A program made the translations under genes and the position numbers. The notes beneath the pieces were generated by a model. It did not search any database, had not been told where the DNA came from, and saw only the letters and a program-made list of their open reading frames with translations. Of a DNA stretch of 64,000 nucleotides, positions 48,889-58,723 are shown one piece after another. This DNA comes from an uncultured Caldisericales bacterium (GTDB taxonomy: Bacteria > Caldisericota > Caldisericia > Caldisericales > Caldisericaceae): NCBI GenBank assembly GCA_964558085.1, contig CAZLBY010000002.1:266530-330529 (forward strand). Reading direction: 5' to 3'. The stretch's first letter is position 1, and every line of letters starts with the position of its first letter.

Positions 48889-50313
48889 ATGAAAATAGGA
48901 ATAGTAACAAGTGAAGCAGTTCCTTTTGCAAAATCAGGAGGATTAGCTGATGTAGCAGGAACACTATTCAATGTATATCATACAGAAGAAAATGAAATTT
49001 ATCTCTTTATGCCAATGTACAAAACAATAAAAAATATCCCATCTGATCTAAAAATAGAAGGAAGCATTGCAATTCAAATAGGATCTCAAGAAACAGAAGG
49101 ACAGATTTTATCAAAAGAGATAGAAAAAGGTAAAACCCTGGTTTTAATAAAACAAGACCGTTATTTTGGAAGAGACAGCTTGTACGGAACAAAGCAGGGA
49201 GATTATCCGGATAATGCAGAACGGTTTGGATATTTTGCCCTTGCAGTACTTAAGGCAATCGACCTTATGGGAATAAATATAGATATCCTTCACTTAAATG
49301 ATTGGCAAACAGGGCTTATTCCTCTATTTATTAAAGATAAACGCCTCGATATAAAAACTCTGTTTACCATCCACAACCTGGGATACCAGGGTAATTTTCC
49401 ACAGGGCATTCTTGATCTGCTTCATATCGATAGAAAATACTTTAGTCCTGATAAAATCGAATTCTACAATAGTGTAAGTTTTCTTAAATCAGGAATTGTC
49501 TACTCAGATTTTATCAGCACTGTAAGCCCGACATACGCAAAAGAAATTCGCACAAAAGAGTGCGGAGTTGGGATGGACGGGATATTAAATGCAAGAAAAA
49601 ATTTTCTAATAGGCATCTTGAACGGTATTGATTACTCGATGTGGAATCCGGAAACAGATCAATTGATCTACAAAAACTATTCAATCAACACAGTCAAAGA
49701 CAAGGAAAAAAATAAAATAAAATTGGGCGAGGAATTTAACTTTGACGTAAAAGGCAAACCGCTTTACGGTCTGGTCAGTAGGCTTGCAGGGCAAAAAGGA
49801 ATAGACATGCTGGTAGATGCGCTGAATAGTTTTCTTAACGAAGATATAAGAATAATTATACTCGGCACCGGGGAAAAAGCATTGGAAGATGCTTTGATTG
49901 ACTTACAAAAACAGTACCCCGGTAAGCTTAAGGCGTTAATTAAATTTGATGAAGCAACTGCTCACAAAATTTATGCCGCAAGTGATTTTTTTATGATGCC
50001 GTCACAATATGAGCCATGCGGATTGGGACAACTCATCTCCCTCAAATATGGTACACTTCCCATAGTACGAGAAACTGGCGGTCTCAAGGATACAGTAGAT
50101 AATTATAATGAATATACTCATTGCGGAAACGGCATATCGTTTAGCGAGTATTGTTCAGATGATTTTCTTGAGGCTATGCAGAGAGCAAAAAAAATATACA
50201 ACAATGGAAAACTGTACAAACAACTACAACAAAATGCCATGCAATGTGATTTTTCCTGGAAACGCTCTGCCGACATTTATATGAAATTATTTAAACAAAT
50301 ACTTCAAAGTTAA
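48889..50313 (+). CDS. glgA: Glycogen (starch) synthase, GT5
   Basis: The N-terminus matches GlgA (MKIGIVTSEAVPFAKSGGLADV, the K-x-GGL motif). The protein has a GT-B fold, and a C-terminal YEPCGL motif. Confidence 0.9.
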   Translation: MKIGIVTSEAVPFAKSGGLADVAGTLFNVYHTEENEIYLFMPMYKTIKNIPSDLKIEGSIAIQIGSQETEGQILSKEIEKGKTLVLIKQDRYFGRDSLYGTKQGDYPDNAERFGYFALAVLKAIDLMGINIDILHLNDWQTGLIPLFIKDKRLDIKTLFTIHNLGYQGNFPQGILDLLHIDRKYFSPDKIEFYNSVSFLKSGIVYSDFISTVSPTYAKEIRTKECGVGMDGILNARKNFLIGILNGIDYSMWNPETDQLIYKNYSINTVKDKEKNKIKLGEEFNFDVKGKPLYGLVSRLAGQKGIDMLVDALNSFLNEDIRIIILGTGEKALEDALIDLQKQYPGKLKALIKFDEATAHKIYAASDFFMMPSQYEPCGLGQLISLKYGTLPIVRETGGLKDTVDNYNEYTHCGNGISFSEYCSDDFLEAMQRAKKIYNNGKLYKQLQQNAMQCDFSWKRSADIYMKLFKQILQS

Positions 50314-51732
50314 ATGAACATACACTTCGGCACATCAGGTTGGAGAAGCATTATAGCCAAAGATTTTACATTTGAAAACGTAGAAGTTGTAAGCTACGCA
50401 ATAGCTCAACACCTTTTGGCTAGAGGCGGCAAATCTGTAGTGATAGGATACGACACAAGATTTTTATCAAATGAATTTGCAAAAACTTCTGCAAAAGTTC
50501 TTGCAGCATATGGAATAAAGAGTTACTTTTCTCTTACCGATATTCCAACCCCTGCTATAGCGCACCTCACTGTAACAAAAAAGACAGATGGCGCAATTAA
50601 TATTACAGCCTCGCACAATGACCCATACTATAATGGGATTAAATTCTCTTCAAAATCTGGTGTGCCTGCCTTGCCTGAAGAAACAGAAGACATAGAAAAA
50701 AGAATAAATGAATTTTTAAAAAATAAAAAAATAATTAAAAAGATGTCTTTTGAAAAAGCAGTAGAAAAAAAACTAATAATCCCTTTCAACGAAAATGAAT
50801 ATATAGATGCAATAAGAAAACTGATTGACTTCACGCCAATAAAGAAAAAAAGACCAAAAATAATTTATGATCCTTTTTTTGCAACAGGTATTCGCTATCT
50901 ACCAAAAATATTAAGAGAGTATACAGATTTTACAATGATCCACGGCAAAAAAGATGTACTGTTCGGTGGCCTGCACCCTGAACCTACAGGAGGAAATCTC
51001 GATCCTTTGATTAAAAAAGTTAAATCTTCTAAAGCTGACTTAGGTCTTGCAACAGACGGAGATGCTGACAGATTCGGAATTATAGACTTTGACGGGAGTT
51101 ATATTTCTCCTAATATGGCACTCCCCATCATATACTACTACCTTCTCACTGAAAGAGGAATTAATGGCAACGCTGTGAGAACCGTTGCCACAACGCACTT
51201 GATAGATAAAATTGCAGAGCATTTTGGATACCATACTAAAGAAACACCCGTAGGATTTAAATACATTGGAGATGCAATCATGAAAGGCGAAGCTGTATTC
51301 GGGGGAGAAGAAAGCGGTGGAGCATCAATGAAGGGGTGGCTGGCTGATAAAGACGGAATTCTTGTAGATCTCCTAATCACGGAAATCTTTTCTCGAAGAA
51401 AAAAATCGATGAAAGAACTATTCAAAGAACTCACCAATAAATTTGGGGATACATACTCAAAGCGACTTGATTTTGAGTATAAAGGTGATAGAAAAACAAT
51501 TGAAAGAAAATTAAAAAATACCGTAAAAACCTTTTCAAAAGAGATGTCTATTAAAAAGATTAACGAACTAGATGGAACAAAAATTATTTTAGCCGATAAA
51601 AGTTGGATTTTATTTAGATTCTCGGGAACAGAATCTAAGATACGGATATATGCAGAGTCCGACAATGAAAAAAGATTTAAAGCACTACTTGAAAAAGGGA
51701 AAGAAATAATTCAAAGAGCAACATTTTTATAA
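50314..51732 (+). CDS. Phosphoglucomutase/phosphomannomutase family protein
   Basis: The protein has the active-site Ser loop TASHNDPYYNG, the metal-binding loop ATDGDADR and the sugar-binding GGEESGG motif. Confidence 0.85.
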   Translation: MNIHFGTSGWRSIIAKDFTFENVEVVSYAIAQHLLARGGKSVVIGYDTRFLSNEFAKTSAKVLAAYGIKSYFSLTDIPTPAIAHLTVTKKTDGAINITASHNDPYYNGIKFSSKSGVPALPEETEDIEKRINEFLKNKKIIKKMSFEKAVEKKLIIPFNENEYIDAIRKLIDFTPIKKKRPKIIYDPFFATGIRYLPKILREYTDFTMIHGKKDVLFGGLHPEPTGGNLDPLIKKVKSSKADLGLATDGDADRFGIIDFDGSYISPNMALPIIYYYLLTERGINGNAVRTVATTHLIDKIAEHFGYHTKETPVGFKYIGDAIMKGEAVFGGEESGGASMKGWLADKDGILVDLLITEIFSRRKKSMKELFKELTNKFGDTYSKRLDFEYKGDRKTIERKLKNTVKTFSKEMSIKKINELDGTKIILADKSWILFRFSGTESKIRIYAESDNEKRFKALLEKGKEIIQRATFL

Positions 51733-51793
51733 CAAAGAGCTGTTTAATAATCGTTTTGAGATAGGCATATGTTTAAACGGGAGGAGAAAGGAA

Positions 51794-53185
51794 ATGAAAT
51801 TTAACTACGGTAACATGCTGGAAGAAGCCATAGGTAAGCACGGATTGCCACTAAATAGCCTGCTGGAATCAAGAACCTCTCTAAATCAAATTAAAGAACG
51901 TATTCAAAAAAAAATAAATAAAGATTATTACCCGTTGCAGCTCCCGGAAGTAATGGGTCCCCAGCTCAATAAAATAAAAAAAACAGCAAAAAAAATTCAA
52001 GAAAATTATGAAAACTTCGTAATTGTGGGAATAGGGGGTTCTTCCCTTGGCAATGAATTGCTTCACTACGCAATAAACGGCATTTATTATAATGATTCCA
52101 TATCTAGAAAAACGCCTCGTATATACTTTATGGATAATATTGATCCGGAATCTACAAAGACACTGCTCACAACACTAGACCTAAAAAAAACTATGTTCAA
52201 TGTTATTACAAAATCAGGAAGTACTGCAGAAACGATGCAGAATTTGCTATCAATTACGGATGCTTTAAAAAAGGAAAATCTTGATTTGAAAAAACACCTC
52301 ATATTCACTACTGACCCTGAAAAGGGATTGCTTCGTAAATTATCGCATGAACTCTCTGTCGAAACTTTTGCAATTCATCCTCTTGTTGGGGGGAGATACT
52401 CGGTACTTTCTCCCGTAGGGCTTTTATCTGCAGCCGTAGAAGGAATAAATATCGATGATTTACTGCGCGGTGCAGAGTTAGTTAAAAAAAATATAACAAA
52501 AGAGAGCAATCCTACACAGTGCGCCGCACTTCTCTTTCCACTCATCCAATATAAATTATATAAAGAAAGAGGAGTAAATATAAATACTCTATTTATTTAT
52601 TCGGATGGGTTAAGTCATTTAGGAACATGGTACAGACAACTTCTCTCCGAGAGCATTGGCAAACAATTTACACGCAGTGAAGAACAAATATTTACAGGCA
52701 TAACGCCAATAGGAGTACGAGGCACAACTGATCAACATTCTATGCTCCAACTATTTATGGAAGGCCCATTTGATAAATTTATTATATTTATTGCACCTGT
52801 TAAATACCGCAAAGACTTTAACCTGAAAGGAAATCTTATAAATAACGAGGATATTAATTATTTAAAAAACAAAAAAGCATCACAACTCATAAAAAGTGAG
52901 TTTCTGGCAACACAAGCAGCAATAAAAACATCAGGAAAACCTTCTGTTGCGATTGAAATTCCAGAAATAAATGAAGAAGAACTCGGCAAACTTATATACT
53001 TTGCTGAATACGAAGTCGTTGCCTTAGGAGAAATGCTAAATGTAGACCCAATTAACCAACCTGCAGTGGAGTTTGGAAAACAGCTTACATATGGTATTAT
53101 GGAAAGGAAAGGATTTGAAGAAAAAAATGAAAAAATTATGGAATTTAAAAAAGTGTGCGAAAAACAAATAATTAAAATACCATAG
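51794..53185 (+). CDS. pgi: Glucose-6-phosphate isomerase
   Basis: The 463-aa protein carries the PGI family motifs VIVGIGGSSLG, GGRYSVLSPVG and GTTDQHS. Confidence 0.8.
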   Translation: MKFNYGNMLEEAIGKHGLPLNSLLESRTSLNQIKERIQKKINKDYYPLQLPEVMGPQLNKIKKTAKKIQENYENFVIVGIGGSSLGNELLHYAINGIYYNDSISRKTPRIYFMDNIDPESTKTLLTTLDLKKTMFNVITKSGSTAETMQNLLSITDALKKENLDLKKHLIFTTDPEKGLLRKLSHELSVETFAIHPLVGGRYSVLSPVGLLSAAVEGINIDDLLRGAELVKKNITKESNPTQCAALLFPLIQYKLYKERGVNINTLFIYSDGLSHLGTWYRQLLSESIGKQFTRSEEQIFTGITPIGVRGTTDQHSMLQLFMEGPFDKFIIFIAPVKYRKDFNLKGNLINNEDINYLKNKKASQLIKSEFLATQAAIKTSGKPSVAIEIPEINEEELGKLIYFAEYEVVALGEMLNVDPINQPAVEFGKQLTYGIMERKGFEEKNEKIMEFKKVCEKQIIKIP

Positions 53186-53206
53186 TTGAGAAAGAAGGAA
53201 TAATAA

Positions 53207-54352
53207 ATGCATAAAATAAAAAATAAAATTTCGGCAATACTTATAGTTATGCTCTTGCTATTCGGAGGGTATTATTTAGGAATTAAATATCCACCATCAC
53301 GCATAATAAATATTATGCGTACACAAGATGGATTCGAAAACTTGCTTGATGACCACTCCTTACTCAAAAGAACAACAGACATCATTGAAACCAATTTCTA
53401 CAAATCAATAAAAGAAGAAGATTTAATAAAAGGCATGGTAGATTCATTAAATGATCCATACAGTGTATTTTTTAATCCTGAACAAACAAAACAATTCAAT
53501 GAAGAAATACAGGGAAAATACACAGGCATAGGCATCGTAATCACTAAAAATGAAGATTTAGCCCTTCCGGAAATTGTTACTGTATTCCCTGATTCTCCTG
53601 CAAAAGAAGCAGGGCTTCAAAAAGGAGACATAATAATTGGCGCTGATGGCGCACAGCTGGCAGGGTTATCTCTTGAAGAAGTAGCCATGAAAGTAAAAGG
53701 GAAAAGCGGAACAAAAGTAGAATTAAAAATTAAAAGAAACGGCGAAACCATTATTGTTACAGTAAAAAGGGCAGAGATCCATATCCCTCTTATTGAGGTA
53801 AATTACTTAAGTGACGGAAAAATCGGATATCTAAAAATTAATATGTTTTCTGAAGGAGTAGGAAACCAAGTTGCAAACGCAGTTAAAGAGATGAATGAAA
53901 ACAACGTGAAAGGTATCATACTTGATTTAAGAGACAATCCTGGAGGGCTTCTCTATGAATGTGAACAAGTAGCCGGCCAATTTATTCCTTCCGGAGTATT
54001 GCTCTGGACAAAAGATAGAGAAGGCACAATGACCTCTCTAAAAATCTCAGGCCATGAACCTACAGTGCCTATAGTCGTACTTGTAAATAAGGGGACGGCA
54101 AGTGCAGCAGAAATACTTGCTGGAGCCATAAAAGATTATAAGACCGGAATAATAATAGGCGAAACTACATTCGGTAAAGGAGTAATACAAAAAATATTTT
54201 CACTACCAGGTGAATATACGCTTAAAATTACAGTGCAAGAATATCTTACGCCAGATAAAAAAGAAATAAATAAAAAAGGAGTAGAACCCGACATTCAATT
54301 AGAAGAAACCGAAGAACCATTAGATAAAGCTTTGGAGTTATTGGAGGAATAA
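53207..54352 (+). CDS. ctpA: Carboxyl-terminal processing protease (S41) with a PDZ domain
   Basis: The protein has an N-terminal transmembrane helix, a PDZ domain (GLQKGDIIIGADG) and the S41 motifs ILDLRDNPGG and GTASAAEILAGA. Confidence 0.85.
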   Translation: MHKIKNKISAILIVMLLLFGGYYLGIKYPPSRIINIMRTQDGFENLLDDHSLLKRTTDIIETNFYKSIKEEDLIKGMVDSLNDPYSVFFNPEQTKQFNEEIQGKYTGIGIVITKNEDLALPEIVTVFPDSPAKEAGLQKGDIIIGADGAQLAGLSLEEVAMKVKGKSGTKVELKIKRNGETIIVTVKRAEIHIPLIEVNYLSDGKIGYLKINMFSEGVGNQVANAVKEMNENNVKGIILDLRDNPGGLLYECEQVAGQFIPSGVLLWTKDREGTMTSLKISGHEPTVPIVVLVNKGTASAAEILAGAIKDYKTGIIIGETTFGKGVIQKIFSLPGEYTLKITVQEYLTPDKKEINKKGVEPDIQLEETEEPLDKALELLEE

Positions 54353-54900
54353 TGATCATTGTAATATCAGGACCATCTGGGGTTGGTAAAGGGACTGTAG
54401 TGCAAAAACTGATGGGAAAAAATCCACGTTTTGAGCGGTCCATTTCTTGTACAACAAGAAAGCCTAGAGAGGGAGAAAAAAACGGAAGGGATTACCATTT
54501 TATAAATGAAGATAAATTTTTTGATCTTATACAAAAAAATGATCTAGCAGAATTTGCTTTTGTTCATGGATGCTACTATGGAACCCCATTAAAAAATCTT
54601 ACAAAAGAAAAAACAGATGTGATTTTACAGATTGATGTACAGGGTGCAAAAAAAATTAAGAACCGATTCCCAGAAGCATTGCTAATTTTTTTACTCCCGC
54701 CTAGCATGGAAATTCTCACCAATCGCCTTACCGGCAGAGGAACTGAAACAGAAGAGGAACAGGAAAAGCGGTTAAAAAGAGCAAAAGAAGAGATAGAAGA
54801 ACGTACATTTTATGACTATATTACAGTAAATGATGACATTAAAAGAGTAGTTAGTGAAATTGAAAAAATCATAGAGAAAGAACGTAAGTTACACCGCTAA
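54352..54900 (+). CDS. gmk: Guanylate kinase
   Basis: The protein has the P-loop SGPSGVGKGT and the motifs SCTTRKPREGE and YHFI. Confidence 0.9.
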   Translation: MIIVISGPSGVGKGTVVQKLMGKNPRFERSISCTTRKPREGEKNGRDYHFINEDKFFDLIQKNDLAEFAFVHGCYYGTPLKNLTKEKTDVILQIDVQGAKKIKNRFPEALLIFLLPPSMEILTNRLTGRGTETEEEQEKRLKRAKEEIEERTFYDYITVNDDIKRVVSEIEKIIEKERKLHR

Positions 54901-54907
54901 AATAAAA

Positions 54908-55636
54908 CTACTTCTTCTTAATAATTGTTTTGAGTTTTACTAAAGTTTCTTTAAGCCTATTTTTTAAAGGATCTTTCCCTTTTGTGGTCACATCATCTTT
55001 ATTCTCAAAAATTACATACGGCACTTTCATTCCCTTGCATTCAATAAATTCTGAATTTCCGCTGCTAAGCTCTTCCCAATCAACTTCTTTATAAAGTCTT
55101 GTTAATTTTTCATCGCTTAAAGAGTGGTGGAGAATGCTATCGGGACACAATGGATCAAACCGCATTTTATTCTTTCTTAAAGATTCTTCAAATGGAACAT
55201 TAACATATATAATAGCGCCATACTCAAGGAGTTCTTCCGAAACATGCTGAAACGCCTCTTTATAACCACCATGTTCTTTGCCCCTGGAAAACTCTACAAT
55301 TGTAGTATAGTCCTTTATATAATCAGAAATATCCCGAATTCGTTTTTTATACTCTAAAGAAATTCTTTCGATAAGGAGATGCCAAAAATATTGATGTTTA
55401 AAATACCCCTCACTAGTAGTATGGAGTCTTTGCTTATGAAATTTGTTTGCGAGGATGTCATCCTCCTCGTACCAGGACCAAAGCAAGGGAAAATCATCAA
55501 TCACATCAATTTTCCCCATATAAAACTGTTCTTTTCTTTTTGCATCCGGAAGTTTTAAAAGAAAATCAATAATTTCTGATTTCCCAGCTGCCGGACGCCC
55601 TAACAAAAAAATCACGTCAAACTTATCCATTGTCAT
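54908..55636 (-). CDS. P-loop kinase-like protein of unknown specificity (possibly 6-phosphofructo-2-kinase-like / AAA_33-like fold)
   Basis: The protein has a Walker A motif GRPAAGKSE near its N-terminus. The spacing of downstream acidic/hydrophobic blocks loosely resembles the PFK-2 kinase domain. The assignment is tentative. Confidence 0.45.
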   Translation of the reverse strand: MTMDKFDVIFLLGRPAAGKSEIIDFLLKLPDAKRKEQFYMGKIDVIDDFPLLWSWYEEDDILANKFHKQRLHTTSEGYFKHQYFWHLLIERISLEYKKRIRDISDYIKDYTTIVEFSRGKEHGGYKEAFQHVSEELLEYGAIIYVNVPFEESLRKNKMRFDPLCPDSILHHSLSDEKLTRLYKEVDWEELSSGNSEFIECKGMKVPYVIFENKDDVTTKGKDPLKNRLKETLVKLKTIIKKK

Positions 55637-55712
55637 TGCTCCATCATAATAAATTCACAAGGAAAGCAACAAAATAATCAAATTCCCCCGGGATAGATCT
55701 TTCAAGTACGGA

Positions 55713-57341
55713 CTAAGGGGTATAATAGATAGTAATTTCACGCGTATCGCCATTCCATTGCACAGTACTTCCAAAAGTTTCAGTGATGAACCGAATGGGC
55801 ACCATTGTTCTGCCAGGAGGAACAATGAGTGGTGCAACATCAATTTCCATTTCTTTTAAATTTACACGAAGAGTTTTGCGATCAATCCACATTTCAATGA
55901 GTAGGGAAGGGTGATGCGTAGTTGCACTCTTCTTAATAGTAACTTTTCTTTCAGTGCCATCCCACTCGACTTTTGCGCCAAACGTCTCTGAAATAAAACG
56001 GATAGGGACAAGCGTCCTACTTGCCTCTTTTACAATAAAAGGAGCTACATCAAGATCTGCTCTTTTCCCATTAACATACGCAATTGGAGAATCTATCTTC
56101 AACTTTATATTAATAGCAGGAGCCTGGACAACTTCAAAGGAAATGTAAACCGTTTTATTTCCACCGTTAGAATTAATACTTACTGGCTGCTTGAAACTAC
56201 CAATGGAAAGAGCAGAAGTATCAATCAAAAAATGTAATTTACCTGCAGCTGTAAACGAATTAGTATCAAACTTTATGAAGTATGGCCCACTAACTGTTCC
56301 CTTAAGAATGCCTCCTCCAAGATTTACAAGAAAAATGTCTTCCTCAACACTACTCCTTTGTGGAATACTTCCAGCATCAATCTGCTCACTGCATTGCAGA
56401 TATGGCCGAGTTGTGTCAAAGTAGAAAAGATTACCATCTACATCTCCTATAAAAAGAGCATTGCTTGTGGAATCAAAGAATAGTGCATCAGGATTCGACA
56501 CCACGCTGCCACCCACTTTATAAAAATTGCTGCCGTCAATCGACCCAAATAGTCCAAAATTTGAAAGAGCTACAAAAATTCTATTATCTGTCTTTGCCAC
56601 ACAAGAAACATAAGGAGATCCTCCAATAAACTGCATTTTCTGGAAATTATTATTCTCTATATTGCCTTTTAAAAACCCCTCTGTTGTGCCAACAAAGAGG
56701 TACCCCCCAAGGTAACTAAGAGAAGTGATTGAATAGTCTGGCAACACATTCTTCCAGTCACATTCATTTCCTACTGTATTAGAATAAAACAATCCAAATT
56801 GCCTGGTCCCAAGAAAATATTTTTCTGGAGATGTTTGGACAAAAGAGGTAGTTTCAATGGAAGGAAGACCATTGTTTCGTTTGACCCAGGTTTGTCCACT
56901 ATCACTGCTTATATAGAATCCAGAACAAAGTGATGTGACATAAATTAAATCTTCATCACTTGATATGGAAGAAATAGTAGGGCAATCCAATTTGTTTATC
57001 AGTGACTCCCAGTGTTCGCCCAAATCGTATGAAATATATGCTCCTGCATTCCTTGTGCCTAAAAAAATATTTCCATCAAAAAAAGTAATTCCGGTGATGT
57101 ACAAATCAGATAAACCAGTATCACGTTCAGAAAAATGACTACCTAAATCAGTAGATACAAAAAAACCATTTAATGTGCCAGCAAGTATCAAAGAACCATC
57201 GGCATGGATAGAAGTAATTTGGTAAGGAATCGAGTTTAACAATCGGAAAGAATCACTTTCTCCATATGCCGCAGGAACTATACTGAACAATATTATAAAT
57301 ATAACAACGAAAATAAAGATTTTCTTCATAGCGTCCACCAA
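55713..57341 (-). CDS. Secreted protein with BNR/sialidase-type SxDxGxxW repeats and two C-terminal copper-amine-oxidase N-terminal-like (stalk) domains
   Basis: The protein has a signal peptide and the repeats STDLGSHF, SYDLGEHWE and SSDSGQTWV. Its C-terminal duplicated modules are …VAPFIVKEASRTLVPIRFISETFGAKVEWDG… and …VAPLIVPPGRTMVPIRFITETFGSTVQWNG…. Confidence 0.65.
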   Translation of the reverse strand: MVDAMKKIFIFVVIFIILFSIVPAAYGESDSFRLLNSIPYQITSIHADGSLILAGTLNGFFVSTDLGSHFSERDTGLSDLYITGITFFDGNIFLGTRNAGAYISYDLGEHWESLINKLDCPTISSISSDEDLIYVTSLCSGFYISSDSGQTWVKRNNGLPSIETTSFVQTSPEKYFLGTRQFGLFYSNTVGNECDWKNVLPDYSITSLSYLGGYLFVGTTEGFLKGNIENNNFQKMQFIGGSPYVSCVAKTDNRIFVALSNFGLFGSIDGSNFYKVGGSVVSNPDALFFDSTSNALFIGDVDGNLFYFDTTRPYLQCSEQIDAGSIPQRSSVEEDIFLVNLGGGILKGTVSGPYFIKFDTNSFTAAGKLHFLIDTSALSIGSFKQPVSINSNGGNKTVYISFEVVQAPAINIKLKIDSPIAYVNGKRADLDVAPFIVKEASRTLVPIRFISETFGAKVEWDGTERKVTIKKSATTHHPSLLIEMWIDRKTLRVNLKEMEIDVAPLIVPPGRTMVPIRFITETFGSTVQWNGDTREITIYYTP

Positions 57342-57407
57342 TCCTTTTTGGATAATTATAGTATAAAGAATAGTTTAATAAAATGTCTCATAAATATTAT
57401 CGCTAAT

Positions 57408-58151
57408 TTACTGAAAACCAGTGCATCTGTCCTTAAACTCACATGTAGAACACGCACTGCCTGGTGTTGGAGAAAATTCATTGCATTGTATCGCTTTTCC
57501 GACTTGTAGAATTTTCTGCTTCCCTTCTTCCGCCATTTCATCTGAGATATTAAATTCCACTTTTTTGTTAAAACGCACAAAATACATGGAAACAGAGCTT
57601 ATTTTATTTAGACCCAAAGATTCCTTTGCTCCTAAATAATAAATAATTGGCTGTAAGAGGTTTATTTTTTTAAAAAAAGATGGCAAGATTCTGTTTGTTT
57701 TATAATCAATAATACTGTAACCATCATTTCCTTGATCTATTCGATCTATTCTCCCAATTACCCTGAACCCATTCAATTCAAAAGAGAAACTCTTTTCGAC
57801 CAGATATGCCGGTTGAAATCCAAATATCGTTTCCCTGTAAAATTTTGTGAGAAGTTGTACTGCTTCCTCTTTTGCTTTTTTTTCCTGATATTCAGTATTA
57901 TATCCTGCAGAAATCCAGTGTTCATTCAATAAGCCTAATAAATAATTTAAAGGAGGGGTTTTGGCTGTTATAAAATTTTCTTCAGGGTGATAAAAAAGCT
58001 CAAGTACCTTATGTATCGAATTGCCAAAACTAAAGTAGCTACGTGCTGCAGTAGGCAATTCATCAACATAGATAAATTTATAACGAAGAGGGCAATTATC
58101 GTATATAGTTATTCTTGAATAACTTAAATGGAATTCTGAATTTTTTTCCAT
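57408..58151 (-). CDS. Cas4/RecB-like PD-(D/E)XK nuclease with a four-cysteine Fe-S motif (standalone, not CRISPR-associated here)
   Basis: One Cys lies at the N-terminus (YDNCPLRY). The core is IGRIDRID…YSIIDYKT (D…ExK). A C-terminal CSTCEFKDRC triad follows. The ORF overlaps the coaE 3' end by 28 nt. Confidence 0.7.
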   Translation of the reverse strand: MEKNSEFHLSYSRITIYDNCPLRYKFIYVDELPTAARSYFSFGNSIHKVLELFYHPEENFITAKTPPLNYLLGLLNEHWISAGYNTEYQEKKAKEEAVQLLTKFYRETIFGFQPAYLVEKSFSFELNGFRVIGRIDRIDQGNDGYSIIDYKTNRILPSFFKKINLLQPIIYYLGAKESLGLNKISSVSMYFVRFNKKVEFNISDEMAEEGKQKILQVGKAIQCNEFSPTPGSACSTCEFKDRCTGFQ

Positions 58152-58723
58152 AGCTCTAAAATTCGAGACTCCATCTGGAAGAAATCCCCACTATTATCAA
58201 TTACCACGTCGGCCCTCTTAATCTTCTCAGAAATGGGCATTTGCGACTCTATCCTTCTTAATGCCTCTTCCCTTTCAATATTTTCTCTTTTCATTAATCT
58301 TTCTAGCTGCAATTTTTGGGGGATATAGACAACCCAGACAGTGTCAACAATCTTGTCCCAGTTCGCCTCAAACAGAATTGCTGCATCAACAACAAGAACC
58401 TCCACTCCTGACGCTCGCTTTTCCTCTATTATTTTCGTTACAACTTCAGTCATTACGGGTATCATAATCTCATTAAGCTTATTTAATTTCTCTTTATCTG
58501 AAAAAACAATACTGCCCAATTTTTTTCTGTTCACCTTGCCATTTGAAACAACTTCTTTTCCAAAAACATCTTCCATCTTACCTATAATGTTATTGACATT
58601 TTGAAATTGAATTTTCTTGGCAAGCTGGTCTAAATCAACAATGTCGGCACCCAATTTCTTTAAGAACTTGGATACGGCACTCTTTCCAGACGCAATATTA
58701 CCCGTAAGTCCAATTATAATCAT
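58124..58723 (-). CDS. coaE: Dephospho-CoA kinase
   Basis: MIIIGLTGNIASGKS is a Walker A motif. The 199-aa protein is immediately downstream of polA. Confidence 0.85.
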   Translation of the reverse strand: MIIIGLTGNIASGKSAVSKFLKKLGADIVDLDQLAKKIQFQNVNNIIGKMEDVFGKEVVSNGKVNRKKLGSIVFSDKEKLNKLNEIMIPVMTEVVTKIIEEKRASGVEVLVVDAAILFEANWDKIVDTVWVVYIPQKLQLERLMKRENIEREEALRRIESQMPISEKIKRADVVIDNSGDFFQMESRILELWKKIQNSI

